A stretch of 64,000 nt of DNA, filler included, from Hyphochytrium catenoides (Eukaryota > Protista > Hyphochytriomycota), in assembly GCA_900088475.1 (NCBI GenBank). It is 10 parts of 10 records of this genome, joined end to end, with 100 filler letters (N's around TTAATTAATTAA, not from the genome) between each part and the next. Parts side by side here need not be neighbours in the genome. Positions count along the whole stretch, not along the records: positions 27,091 to 50,447 come from FLMG01004669.1; positions 50,548 to 60,260 come from FLMG01001814.1; positions 60,361 to 61,741 come from FLMG01000279.1; 7 more parts are not named here. The stretch is one strand, 5' to 3'. The notes below the pieces were generated by a model. It was not told where the DNA came from and searched no databases. It saw only the letters and a program-made list of their open reading frames with translations. Positions 49,203-61,741 of this stretch are shown here, piece after piece. The translations under genes and the position numbers were made by a program. The stretch's first letter is position 1. Each line of letters opens with the position of its first letter.

Positions 49203-50340
49203 TCACTGGTCAGGGTCAGTAGAGTCAGCGCTGATGTTCATGTCCAGCTCTGAGTCGAAGATGCGTCGGTAGAGGTCTAGGACATCGTTCGCAGCAGTCT
49301 CAAAGTGACTGAGAAAGAGAGAGAACGGAAGAGGTGGCAGTGGATTGAGGCAATGCGTTAGCGTTTGGGACGAGCTGGAGATATCGTGAAAGCGCGCTCA
49401 GGGGGATAAGAGAGAACTAAAAGCAATGATGAAGGCGACGAAGAGAGAGATAGACAGAGAGGTGGGACGATATGTTACCTCGTAGCGTCATAGGACTTGC
49501 TGATGTAGCAGTTGTCGACCTTTCCGCTGTCCACCGGCTCATACGTATCCTCCACCGAATCAAACCTGAAAGCGCCGCAAAGCCACGTCGGCCAGAGCCC
49601 ATCGGTCAATGAGGGAGAGTGAGGATAGGAAATGAAGACAGCTTGACGATAGGAAGGTGATATGAACGAGGTGTAAGGGAGAGGAAGCGGGACCCAAAGG
49701 ACCAGAATCGCAATGAGAGTAGAACAGTGCTCTCCGGTCTGCCTGTATGCGAAGAAGAGAAAGGAGCACGAGAACACTAACAGAATCACAGAGTACTCCT
49801 TATGGCATCGAAAGAACCCATGCGGAGAAGCAAAGCATGCAGGATAACCCACCTCTCTAGCACTGGCCCCAGGAGGTTGATGCCACTCTGGACTTCAGCG
49901 ATAGGGTCACCCGTCTCCACCTGCAAGAGAGATCAAGGAAAGAGAAAATGGAGTTACGAGGTGACAATGGTCGATTAGACATATCCTAGGCGGGTGATCC
50001 AAAGAGAAAGTGGACTATGTGTAACCCGCAAAACTTAGCGGCCGAGAGAGAGAGAGAAGGGAGAGTCCGTTTGGTATGCATCTGGGCGACGGAGAAGAGG
50101 CAACGTCAAGAGCTCACGACCATAGAAACTCATTAGACAGATGCACATATATAATCCACATAAGAAGGGATGACAGAGAAAGGGAAAGGGGGAAAGAGAG
50201 AGGGAAACACAGCGAGCAAGAGAGAGAGAGTTAGAAAGAGAGACAAGACAGCCCGTGACCTACCGTGGTGCTGACAATTGCGATCCACACGTTCTTCGGT
50301 GCGACTTGATGTGCATAGGAGACAGAGGCTACGTAGACAT
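49203..50340 (-). CDS. GDI1: Rab GDP-dissociation inhibitor, C-terminal 4 exons (5' part beyond the spacer)
   Basis: VYVASVSYAHQVAPKNVWIAIVSTT|VETGDPIAEVQSGINLLGPVLER|FDSVEDTYEPVDSGKVDNCYISKSYDATS|HFETAANDVLDLYRRIFDSELDMNISADSTDPDQ* contains the hallmark SYDATxHFET motif. Confidence 0.93.
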
Positions 50341-51018
50341 CTACAACGTAACAAGGCAGCGGGACAAGAGAGAGGCAACGGCGTCAACAGAGACCCTTGA
50401 TTTGATATGTAAAGACAAAGAGCTCCACAACCGACTACTCTTGGAGGNNNNNNNNNNNNNNNNNNNNNNNNNNNNNNNNNNNNNNNNNNNNTTAATTAAT
50501 TAANNNNNNNNNNNNNNNNNNNNNNNNNNNNNNNNNNNNNNNNNNNNGGCGAAGGTCGATAATAATCGGTGGGGCAGCTATTCTGCATATATCTGCTAGC
50601 AGAGAGAGAGGGAGGGCTTGCCAACTAACACTGCTATCATCTGCTGCGCATGGCCCTGCTTGGTTCATCTTGCTCAACTTGCAGCACAACCTCCTCCCAC
50701 CTGATCATCGGTGACCTCCGTTCTGTTGGCGGCTGGCACCATCTTAGGGCAGAAAGCAGCGAACAAGGTGACAGGTGAACTCAATGAGTCAGCGGGTAGA
50801 CATGTCTCTTCTCATGCAGCTCACAGAACCCCCAGGACTAAATTGACAATTCTGATTATTATAAAAGTAGACAGATTTGGAGATATTTATACTGTGCATG
50901 TACTTGTACTTACAAAATGAAGATGCCTCTTACTACTCGAGTTCCCATCCGCGACTGGAAATTGTAACGCTTTCTCAATAAAACAGTAGTTCTAGGAGTG
51001 GCCTTTAGTGCTTGCTTC

Positions 51019-52541
51019 CTACTGTTCTTCTGCGGCCTTTTCCAACCTTCCCCAAGCTTCATCGTTGAGTACTAGATCTGAAGCTCCACCACCCCTAGCA
51101 GCTTACATCTTTGACGATTTTAGATGATGATAGGACCGGAGGAGAGAGGCAGCCGCACCAGCAGAACGACCACGAAGAAGGCCACAGGAAGCAGCGATCC
51201 AGGCCAGCAGGGGAAGGTGCTGGTGATGATGACGAAGAGAAGAACTGATAATATGACCCACAACTACCACAGTGTACCAGGTTTTTTCTTGGCCTGTATG
51301 GTTGGCGCAACCTTTGTTGTGGAAAAAATGGACCGCCTGCTGCTGTTCTCGCGGTTCTCTCGGGCGCCCATAACCCTGAGCTTGACCACGAAGCGATTGT
51401 AAGGGTCCACACAGAGTTTAATGGCTTCTTCCTCTACGGCTTGGAAGATATCGTGCGGAACAGCGACATTAGATGTGTGCCCGCCTGCTCCGATCGTCCT
51501 ACTCAATTCGGCGACCTTCGTTATAGTCGTTTTGCGTAACAATTCTTGAATATTCAGCTCGTAAGGTGACCCTAGTGATATGTGGTTTATCAAGAAGCGG
51601 CAGATTGCTGGTGAGCAGATAGCCCTTTGTTGAGCAGCACCACTGAATAAACGATCATCTAAGGCGAGGGATGATTGATGATGTAGTACCAGGCATACTA
51701 GCTGACAAGTTAGTGATGAACAGACAGAGGGCGGCCGTGGGCCAATAAATAAGTCGTCTCATACCAACTCGGATGTAGTCCGCCACAATGGACTCTGCCT
51801 TAGCCACGCGGTCCTCTAATTTGTCTTGAGACCGAAAGTTCTGCATAGCGTAGAGAAATAAGACGGGCTCAACCTAATAAGCCACCCCATCCATCCAGGC
51901 AGCCGGATAGATCAATTGGGCAATGAAACAATCAGTGCAACGCTATTGACAAGGGGAGGGAAGCGTCAAATTGGTACTTACAGAGAATTCAGAAACGAGA
52001 TACTGCTTGAATTGAGCTAGAACGTGTTGAGCTTTAAGGATTTCGCGCAGCTCAGAGGTTGCCTTGACAAAAGGCAGCTCGTTGTTCTGTGGAGGAACAA
52101 CAGGACCATAAGTACGAGTACTGCAGGAAGGAAGAGGGAGAGTCCATAGGACAGAACCAAACGGAGATGTAGAAGGCAACGTACATCATTCCCTTCATCT
52201 TTGGAGGCAGAGGAGCTTCCGTCGTTTGCAAGAAGCAAAACTTCTTCTTTTTCTTTCTTGTAGCTAAGTCTGATGGGGACGATACAGGCATACCACAGGT
52301 ACGAGAGAGCTGCACAGACATAGGCAACCTGTCCCATTGCGTAGGCGTTCTGCCGTACGCTTCCGTCAAGTCCTTTTGCAATGGTGGCCATGGCGTTCAG
52401 GGGCGATCCTAGCCCAAACCAGCAGAGAACTTTCATCCCGTTTTCCTTTAACTTGAAGGCGTCATCGATAGCCCGCATCAGGTACGAGAACATCAGGTTC
52501 AAGAGGATGATTATCCACCATAATGCTAAGACCAAAGAGTC
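51019..52541 (-). CDS. Transmembrane RGS protein (7TM-RGS-like), last TM helices plus RGS domain; N-terminal exons not found
   Basis: Hydrophobic helices around AIDDAFKLKE, then the RGS box LREILKAQHVLAQFKQYLVSEFS|VEPVLFL...AESIVADYIRV|GSPYELNI...DIFQAVEEEAIKLCVDPYNRF. The last two exons are tentative. Confidence 0.85.
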
Positions 52542-52677
52542 CTGAACACGAATGAGAAGTAAGGAACACTCAGCAGTAACGAAGATGACGAAAGGAAATT
52601 GGTCGTTCAAAAAGCTGTCCTAAATGGACTGAGGTAAGACGCCTGACAGCTGCACCGAGAGGATGCCAACCCTTCAA

Positions 52678-52955
52678 TCCTGTTGTTACCATGTTGCAGC
52701 CTTGTTATGAGGTTGTTATTCTAAGGTATCACCCTGTTACTTACCTTGTTATAACCTGGATTCAGGAACTTGGGCTTGGACACCCTGTTGCAAGCCTGTT
52801 ACATCCCTGTTATAACCTTGTCTGGCCTTGTTGCAAATAGGTGGAGTTCTGTTATTACCAGGTATTCTCTGCACCAATACCAAGCTATACCCGCCAAAAT
52901 CTTGTTGACCCATCCATCCCCTGTTACGCCCTTGTTCTAACTATGTTATTGACCG
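52678..52955 (+). repeat. Dispersed short repeats CC(C/T)TGTT(A/G), probable subterminal repeat region of the CMC transposon
   Basis: About a dozen same-orientation variants (cctgttg, ccttgtta, ccctgttac, ccctgttg, ccctgttat) in ~280 bp, 1.3 kb downstream of the transposase stop. Confidence 0.65.
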
Positions 52956-54295
52956 GTCTCGTCCCACGCGCCCAGGTTCGCCCATCCATCCTCCACATTC
53001 CGAACGCCCCGACCGTCTTCTGTCATACCTTGGGTCCATCCATCCCCCTAGGCTAGCCGGTAACCGTTGAAGCACTTGCCAATTCAGAGTCTGCATGTCT
53101 TCATCTGTGTTGTCTGTGCAGCGGCTGATTCTGCTCGCTCTTCGCTCGCAAGTCCAATCCGAAGGTGCTAGCAGCAGCAGCTATCACTCTTGACAAAAGA
53201 ACCTTCTTTAGAGAGTCCCTGCCACCCTGCCAACTATTGCCGAGGAGAAAGCCTACTTATTTTGCCATGCCAATCGCTTTTCCGTGCCAATGACGTAGCT
53301 GAGGATTATTCTTGCTAGTAGCAACAGAAGAGGCGATGTCAGCAGCAGCAGCAGCTTAGCCACCAGCCTTCTAACAACAGGTATCATTGAAACAGCTTTT
53401 ACCCTTTACATTCTCTCCTGCTATGTAGTCCGGAAGAAAACGGGTGTTTCATCTACTCTATTCTCTAAAGTCTGATTGCTGAGGAGATTTTCGTGCTAAC
53501 CTCGGTTTGCTTTTCTGCTTAATTACATTCTACTGGCAGTTAGCTTCCCAACAACAAATGCATCATCGTCAGATAGAAGCTGTCTGACAAGAACGTAGGT
53601 GCCATGTTAAACAATGGCTGGAAACAAGGAGCGGGCTTACCAGCGACCACTCTCCTTTAAAACGCCATCTTTCTTTAGCACTCCCCTCAACTTCATTATT
53701 GTCGACGAGGATGTTACTAGTCTTGCCTTCGCCAATGTCTACGACTGATATGTCTTTGTGTGCCATACTAGTTACACCAATCCCATTCCCTCTTGCCCCC
53801 TTTCTCATGAATACTCAGTACTGCTGGCTGCAATCCTTCGCCCCATGCCGATGCCTGGTGCCTTTGGACCTGTTTCTCTTTGTTCTGCTCTGGCTGATGT
53901 CCTGCTCCACACTAACCTCGTCGCTTCAGAGTATCAGTAAGACAGGTTGTCTCGGTCCTAGACCAATTCCCTTTGTGAGGTTTGGAGCTCCGCAGGACTT
54001 TACTGCCCCGTGTTTGACGTTGAATATAGTTGACGTTTAGTTGTACACCCTAATCAACTGTCAATGTCACGACTAACAGGTCTACGCAGGCTGCCTACCG
54101 TCTTAGCTGTCGCGATGTGCTGGTCACGAGGTTTGGCCATGTCCACTGCTGCCTCCAAATTTCCTTCATTTTATATAGGTTATGCCTTCTTCAGAAGTGC
54201 CCCACTGATCTATTATGAGAGTTATTCAGCTAACTATAATCTTAAGGAGCTAGCAGAAGCTTTTTTAAGCAATCGAACTTCTTGGGTACAGATTG

Positions 54296-57200
54296 CTAAA
54301 TCCTAGGCTTCTCTACTACTAAGTACCGCATTGAGTCTCCCACCTTATTCACCATGACGACGTTGTCTACTTGGCTGACAGCCAAGAAGGGTTGCTGCTT
54401 GTACGTCTCCTTTTTCAGAAAGTAACGGGTCTTCCTCGGTCCGTCCTTTAGGTCATACCAAGAGCAGTAAAGAAGGATCATACCAGCTATGACGGTTGTA
54501 CAGTCCAGGATCATCCTAACCTCACCAACCCAATGGCCCTCACCATTCCCCTTATTTACCATGACATGGCTGCACTGGCTTTTCTTTTGCTCATCCGCTT
54601 GGCTGGTGCGCAACTGCAAAACGCCGCACTGATACGAGTCGCAGAGCTTGACCCCGTAGTTCTCGAGGAGATACTTCAACCCTTTGGCCCAATCCAGTGT
54701 GACTGGGCCAGAGGCTTCGCCTTCCCTTAGTGTTGCTAAGACGTATGCCTGGAAGTGTCGTTGCTGATTCGCGGTGTAAGACATAGGGTTATGTTGCCTC
54801 TCGTTACCCCTTCGAGCTGCACTCTGAGCGTCATCCCAAACCTTCTTGTAGCCTTCAAAGCAGACGTAGAGGTGCCTGTGGAGTCCACTTTCCAGTTTCG
54901 GATATTCCTCGAAGACCTCAGCTGTTACAATGCGCTTACTGCCGCTCAGTTTGACCTCACCGCCTAGATATGAGCTGTAAAGCCGCCGCCAGTGCGCATC
55001 ACTTAATCTACCATCATAATTGTCAGCAGATCCCGCGTCTCCCAAGTCCTCTTGCTGTTGTTCGAAGAAGCGAAAGCCCTTATGAATGCGCCGGCAGCTT
55101 ACGCAATCGTCTATGTGAGGCTGGAGGATAGCTCTAGCGTTTTGTAGGACTTGCCAGCCCTGCGCCACATCGCTCGCTGGATTCACGTTGCTGTTCATGA
55201 GCTTTCTGAAGACATAAAGTGTCCTCTCAAATGGAAAACACCAAAGAGAGAAGATGGGTCCCCAGAACTCGATCTAAAGGGAATAGGAAATAAACAAGCA
55301 GAAGAACATTGAGAGACGGACAGAGCGTTAGACTTGATGCCTGGGTTATCCGGCACTGCACCATCATATGCGCGGTGAGGGCAAGCGATAAATCGGGGAA
55401 CCTACTTCCTCAAATATGTGTCCGGTTTTATGAAGCATCACTGTCAGGATCTTCGTCGGTAGAGTGCCTTCTAGGTCCTTCAAAAGCTCCCACATCGCTT
55501 GCTTCCCCTCTCTTGCTTGTCTAGGCGTTATATTATAGCTAAGCATGCTCCTAAGAAGCTCACATAGACGAGTCCAAACGTCATGTACCGCCTCAGGCAA
55601 TCCCCCTTGCCTTTCTTCAAAGCGAAAGCATACGATGCCAAATACCTGGCAACGATGAATGAGAAGTAGGAGGTTTAAGCGATGTAGATAAAAGAGGGGA
55701 GAAGTAGCTCAGCAGAATAAAGACAAGTTCATTCTCCAACAAATCTGGCGGCCTTTCCGAGTAGGAGTGAGCACTTACTTGCATAAAATAGAGCCAATCT
55801 GCGCTTCGGATGCTCCCCCTTCTCTTCGCCAGAACTCGTCGTAGATTGGAACCTTGGAGTTCAGGTAAGACCTTCCAGCTTTGTAGCTCCTTGTCCATAA
55901 TTGTAAGCAACTTCTTGCTGACATGACATCTAGTCCTTGGAGCTTCGTGCTCTTCAGAAACGGATGTGTTCATAGGGACTACTGCGGGATCTTGTGGTCC
56001 CTCTGTGGGAGCCTGACTGCTTTGCTTCTTTTTTTGTTTTTTCTTGCTTAGGGTCTCCCTATTGATCAGAAGATCTAGGATCATCCTAACCACGTTGTAG
56101 AGAGTATGCATTCCGTCCACCCCTGCACCAAGAAAAACTAGTTATTCTAAGTGAAGAAGACGAGAAGAGAGAGGAAAAAGGGCAATAGAATGGCGAGAAG
56201 CCAAGACGCCAAAGTAGAGGCTGCTTAGAAGAGCGAAGCAAGAGCGAACCAGTCAAAGATAGAGTCAACCTCCGCTAAGCATGATGCTAATGCTTCACTA
56301 ACCATGCTGTCGTTCATACTCAAATCCTGGTAGCTTGGAAAGCACTCCGGACCCTTGGCCGAAGCCCTGTTCTGTGCCCTCACCTGCATTTATTTCGAAA
56401 TAAGCAGCAAGCGTAACTGGTAGTGTGTACGGAAGAGATTATAGCAAGAGCAGTCGACAATGGCAGGAAAAGGATGAATGTGATCTAGTAAAGGAGCCAA
56501 GAACTTGTTGCTAATAGTGAATAGGATTGATCATCAATCAAAGCAGCACCAGTGTCATCCTCGGCTAAATGCGTGTACTCTGCCTGATTGATTCTCTGAT
56601 AGCCATCTTGTAAGAACTCCTTGAGGTTGGGATAGATGGTCTTCTGGTATGTAGAATCCTTCTCTCCTCGGCAATCCAGACATATACCGCAGGCTGGTGC
56701 GTATGAGTTGGGGAAAGCAAAGTTCCATAGCTTTGCCAGAGATAGATAGTCACAGTAGTGAGCTAGTAGTCAGGAGAGCAAGTTGTAAGAGGTTTTAATC
56801 TTACCTTGCACGACGCCGGATGGTCCGAGGTCACATACAGCAGGAAGACTTTTAGCCGTGCTTCCTCCTCCCGCCTTTCCACGAGGTTGTCCCTTGGGGC
56901 CATGTCGCAAGTGAACCCGCTCTCCCTAAGATAGCAGAGCTCTTCCAATATAGGCTCCAAATAAGAGTTCAGGCTCATCTTAGGGCAGGTGCGAGGCACT
57001 ATGCCAAGAAGTAGCATATTAAGGGGGTCGAACCTCTCAGAATGCCTCAAGTTACAGATAGCAGCTGTGATGGGCCACAGAGAACGGCTAGAGGAGTGTT
57101 TGTATGGGCTTAGCCCATCAGTATGGAGCAGAAGGCCAATAGAATCAGGAGAATATTCATCGCCCTGGGGATTGATGTAATACGTTGTCCACCCAGGGGA

Positions 57201-57664
57201 ATCCCAAATGTCTTTCATTGGGATATCGTCTATATTCGCATCAGGGGGTTGTGCGGCCCTTGAGCCTTCTCGGGCATAGTGGTGGTCCCGTAGCATACCT
57301 CGGAAGCGTGGATTCGCTATCATGTTCCTTAATTGTGCGGCAATCGAGAAATAGAAAGCCTGAGCCCTGGGAACTAGACGCGCCTTTCTGCCTTTCCCAA
57401 CCTTCTTGAAGAGCTTCTGTCCGCAGTCGCATTCTGCTGCTTCACTTGGCGGGGTCTTATAATACAGCTTGCATCCTGAACCACGAAGACTATGTAAGCT
57501 TCTTATTGTTGGAGGGCAACTGTACTGATGATGCTGCCACCACGAGGATGACTTTCTACACTTACCTCTAGGGCAGCAGGCTACCCTCATGAACATGCCA
57601 CATCAACGGGATTTGGTGTTGCGACGGAGACAGAAAGAGAAGAAGAGAGAGAGGAAGAGGGAGA

Positions 57665-57698
<34 letters not shown>

Positions 57699-57724
57699 AA
57701 GAGAGATGGAGAGGAGATAGGGTT

Positions 57725-57755
<31 letters not shown>

Positions 57756-59370
57756 GAGAAAGGAGGGAGAAAGAGACAGAGAGAGAGAGAGGGGAAAGAG
57801 AGCGGAGAAGGGGTAGGCGGTGGGGGAGAGAATTTGTTGCAGGAGCATGCTTACGGAGCTTGACGACCATCAGGCCCTCTCTCTCCAAGAAGGGCATGAG
57901 GCTATCGAAGGAAGGAAGCCCCCCTACTCCTTCTCCCATTCTGGCCATTTCCTCAACCTCTCGACTCGCTGCTTTTTCATAGCTACGGCGAACAGATGCC
58001 TTGGTTGGACGAAAGTCCCTTAGTCTCTCCAAAAACTGGCTACACAGCTCTTCCAGACAGTTATTATGATTTCTTCCAAAGGGCACTTGTGCTCCTGCTC
58101 CAGCAGCCTTCGTACCTCTATTAATCCATCCTCGACACCACCATAGGTCTTCTCCGTCTTCTTCTGTTACATCCCTTTGTTCGCCGATCGCTGGAGCTGG
58201 AGCCGCATCTTCCCTATTGTCTTCTACGTCCTGTTCTTCTAATAGGGCTTCCCAAAGATTGACCACTGGGAAGTAGGCTGCTTCCTCAAAGGCCACCCTG
58301 TTGTACGTTGGATTATCAGGGTTGTCTCCTTCTTCATCTGTCTCACTGCTCTGCCCTTCGTCCTCCTGAGCATGCGCCCTGTGAACCCCAGCCTCTGGAT
58401 CCATATTCGTAGGAGCAGCATGACCTAATTCAGGGCAGGGATCGTCAACAACCGAGTCGTCTTGTCCCACGCCCATAGCGTAGTGAGGGTCAAGTATGTT
58501 TCTCTCAGCAGTGAGCCTTTCTTCTTCTTCTTCTTCGTCTTCAATACCACTTTCATAATCCATCGGCGCATCAAAGCCATTGTCGTCTCCTCCACCACCA
58601 GCTGAGATGCCTTGTTGTGCAATAGATACCTCTTCCTGTCAGTGAAGAGAGCACAAGATCACTCACAAAGGCGCTTTCGAAGCAAGCGAAGGCAAGGAAT
58701 GGTTGCTCGGTTCTCACACCTCTCCAGTGAGCTCGGCTTCCTCAGTGATGCCCCGCTGTTGAAGTAGCCTGTGCTTGATTCGCTTACTGTTTGGAATCCA
58801 TAAACCTTCCAGCTGTGGGATAATCATATGCCGAACTCCATCTCTTGCCGCAATAAGGCAGCACATGTCCCTGCACCACTAGATACATTGCAGTTCTTAG
58901 AATAGAAGAATAGAGAAATGGTGATGATGATGATCATTCTTTTGCTTGTTGTGGCCTCTTTCTCCTCCTCCATAGATGAACGCACTCACCTTACACGTGC
59001 AGAATACAGGTGGGTCTCTCACTGTTGCCCACTTCTTGAGGGCTATGGGCCTTCGAGGTTTACCTTTCAAGTTCAGACGATTACCCATGTACTTGTAACG
59101 TACACCTGCTGAATATTTGTCTGCAGACGCTGGACGCTTCCTCTTCTTCCTAGCTGGAGTGAGGAAGTCATCGTCGATTTGAGGACTACCACTTCGTCCG
59201 TCAGGTCGCCCTCGCTTGGCATTAGACGATGATGTGTCCATATCAACTTCTCGTCCGCGATGGAGGATGATTGATGATGATAGCGGCTTCTGCGAGCGAA
59301 CGGCGGAAGGCGATTATTAGATAGAGAAACAGACTCTCTCCTGTTGCTGGGCAGAAACTTCTTCCATCAT
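54296..59370 (-). CDS. CACTA/Mirage/Chapaev (CMC)-superfamily DDE transposase (Tnp2/Transposase_21 plus DUF4218-like), about 11 exons
   Basis: N-terminal CTCK|WC...H knuckle, acidic tract, RVACCPRG|CKLYY...CDCG, KDIWDSPGW, LLLHTDGLSPY...SLWPITAAICNL...YLEPILEEL, VTSDHPA, CGIC, VDGMH, IRSADW, LHKTGH, FWGPIFSLWCFPFER. A frame-consistent spliced model without stops could be built; the first small exon is tentative (alternative start 59241). Confidence 0.9.
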
Positions 59371-60445
59371 CGTGGCAACGGTGGTGCTGCTCCGCCATTT
59401 AGTTATTGTGTCCGATAAGTAATTCAATTATTGTTATACTTATAAAAGTATGCTTTCTACTGTACCACTCATAGTGTTGCGCATTATAGTTAAGTGGGTT
59501 ATAGTAAGCAGGCATTAATTTACTTCCTTACTTATCACTACTTAGTGCATCGGAACTACTGTTTTACCACATCCTTCCTATGGACAACAACTCGTTCTGG
59601 AGTGTCTGGCACAAAGAGTGAGAAAAATTCATCGACAGGATTCACCGAAACGAAATAATGAAATAAATGCCAGGTGGATTAGTAGAAGAAAGACTTGTTA
59701 GAAATTTGGAAAGCTTCAATAAGGAGTCTCTCCTCCTGTCATGGACAAACGGTTAGCTCGTCCATTTGAAAAAAAATGAGTTGCGCCGACAGACACTTTG
59801 GAGAACGCGGCGCGGCGCGGCGGCGCCTTATTGCCCCTGACAACAACTGACAAGAAATCGTGACTCTGCCGCCATCTCTGCGAATCGGGCTCTCTCTGCG
59901 CTTACAACTCGTCAGTCTTCCTTTTGCTGTTGGACTTAGTTCATCTACAGTACCATCTAGATTCGGTGCCGTAAGGTCAGAAAGGTTTCAATAGAAGAGA
60001 ACATATTCTCGGATTATCAACATGGCAAGTGAGAGACTCGTAGGAGCAGCAGAAGGTAGCAGAGGAGACAGCTTTCTTACGCCTCCTAGAACCGCTCCTC
60101 CACCTGGCAGCAGAAACAACGTATCGCAACAGGCTGCTGTTGCTTCCGCTGCAGCAAGACAGCAGCATCAAGATATAGGACCTCAACAAAGCCGTCAAAG
60201 TCGTTCGCTGGATGGTATCGAAGACCCAGGGCCTCCCGTATCACACCCACCACAAACTCANNNNNNNNNNNNNNNNNNNNNNNNNNNNNNNNNNNNNNNN
60301 NNNNTTAATTAATTAANNNNNNNNNNNNNNNNNNNNNNNNNNNNNNNNNNNNNNNNNNNNGATAAACTCAAAACATCGTAAATGCACATCGTTCAGACTT
60401 ACTCCCGTGCCGGTTCGGAGGTTCTGACAAACAAAAGATCAACAA

Positions 60446-60950
60446 ATGAACTGCTTGACTGATTATCACAGTTGCCTTAACCCTTTACACACTTTAGATG
60501 ATTCGAGGATGATGAGATATGCACTTGACCTAGGTCTTGTATTGTATAATACCAAGAGAACGATTGGGCAAGAGATGAGCAAAGCCTATTTTAGCAAAGT
60601 GTATTTTGGTTGGGCTGTTCCCTCTGTAGTGGAAGAGGAAGAAGCTTGAAGTCTGTCAAGGGAGTAACGACCGCCAAGAGTGGTACAGGAAGCGAGCTAG
60701 TGTTCATAGGAAGAAGCGATGAGAATGATGAGAGCTTTATGGCCCTAGTTTACGGAGCTGGAGCGGATCACAGGCCGGACTGCCTTCAGTGCATCAACTC
60801 GGCCGGTAATGTATGCCGCTTCGGCTAGCGCTGTTTCTGCGCAGCGCGTTGGCATGCTTTAGGTCCGAGTTATCCATTGCCTCTGCCTTTTCCCGCGGTC
60901 AGAAGGGTTGTCGTTCTGACGCTCAAGACGGACCTGGGGCAAGCTGAAAC
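60446..60950 (+). mobile_element. Highly degenerate Ty1/copia RT-RNase H relic
   Basis: Across frames RMMRY..DLGL, NDWARD, VFWLG.S, TTAKSGTGSELV and LQCINSA resemble copia R..RYL..T.DLGL / DsDWA.D / vf.lg / vA.Ss.eaEyv / l.cDN.sA. Stops and frameshifts are present. Confidence 0.5.
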
Positions 60951-61503
60951 AGTGGAATGTAAGCTCGATAGGACAGCTTCTACATACCTGGGCACGATAG
61001 GACAGCACTATACCTGAAAGATGAGGTGACTAGTAAATGCACTCAGGCCCTCAAGAAGGTGAAAGAAAAGCGGACGACGCATTAGTATGATGACCCGCAA
61101 GCCCTACATTCTGGAGGCCACAAGAAGGTCATCTTCTTTCTTTCTTAGAATCTTGTCGCTAGCCAGGGGTGTACTTTCTATAAGCAGAGGTTCCTATCCT
61201 AGCAGACGGGGAGCTTATTCAAAAACTCATGGGAAAGTTACTCAGAAGTCTGCCTTGACTTCTGTGCGCTATTCGATGTTTGGGAACCTCGTCGGGTAAC
61301 TGTGGGTCGAGATTCTCGGTGAATGAGAGGAGAGGTGACGACTGTTCTCAAGAGGGAGAAGCAGTACTATCATATGCGATCATGAGTGCTGCTTCCGACT
61401 GTACCGCGTGTGCTATTAGACTTATTTATTGAGGGACACTCTGAAGGCCCTGCCTACGGTGAGAGACTCTGCGTCTCCTATTACATAGGGTACATTTAGA
61501 CAT

Positions 61504-61741
61504 CTATAGGTCAGCAATCTTAATCACCTGCTTGCCGAAGTTCTTTCCCTGAAGCATCCCCACGAAGGCCTCTGGTGCCTTTTCAATGCCCTCAACCACG
61601 TCCTCCTTGTAAACAATTTTCCCTTCCTTCAGAAGCTCGGTCATCTCCTTATAGAAGCGAGGACCCCACTCCGCTGCAGAGTCGCTGACAATGAAACCTT
61701 CAATGCGGATCCTATTCTTGATGATCCGGGTGAGGTTGCGG
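61504..61741 (-). CDS. NADP-dependent alkenal/prostaglandin reductase-like oxidoreductase (MDR family), C-terminal fragment
   Basis: RNLTRIIKNRIRIEGFIVSD...FYKEMTELLKEGKIVYKEDVVEGIEKAPEAFVGMLQGKNFGKQVIKIADL*. Not in the ORF track because it has no start codon. Confidence 0.92.

Larger units (their letters stand above)
52650..60260 (-). mobile_element. CMC/CACTA-like DNA transposon (one end near 52650; other end not seen, probably beyond the spacer)
   Basis: Transposase gene plus the subterminal repeat array. TIR and TSD cannot be confirmed with only one end. Confidence 0.6.

Noticed and set aside
49852-49925. Biotinyl/lipoyl domain (VETGDPIAEVQS)
   Set aside because: Splicing to the neighbouring exons gives a clear Rab GDI C-terminus.
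52678-52955. CRISPR or telomeric array
   Set aside because: Units are 7-9 nt, degenerate and irregularly spaced; better explained as transposon subterminal repeats.
54296-59370. Fanzor/TnpB RNA-guided nuclease in the transposon
   Set aside because: No RuvC-like motifs or terminal zinc finger seen; all motifs fit a CMC DDE transposase.
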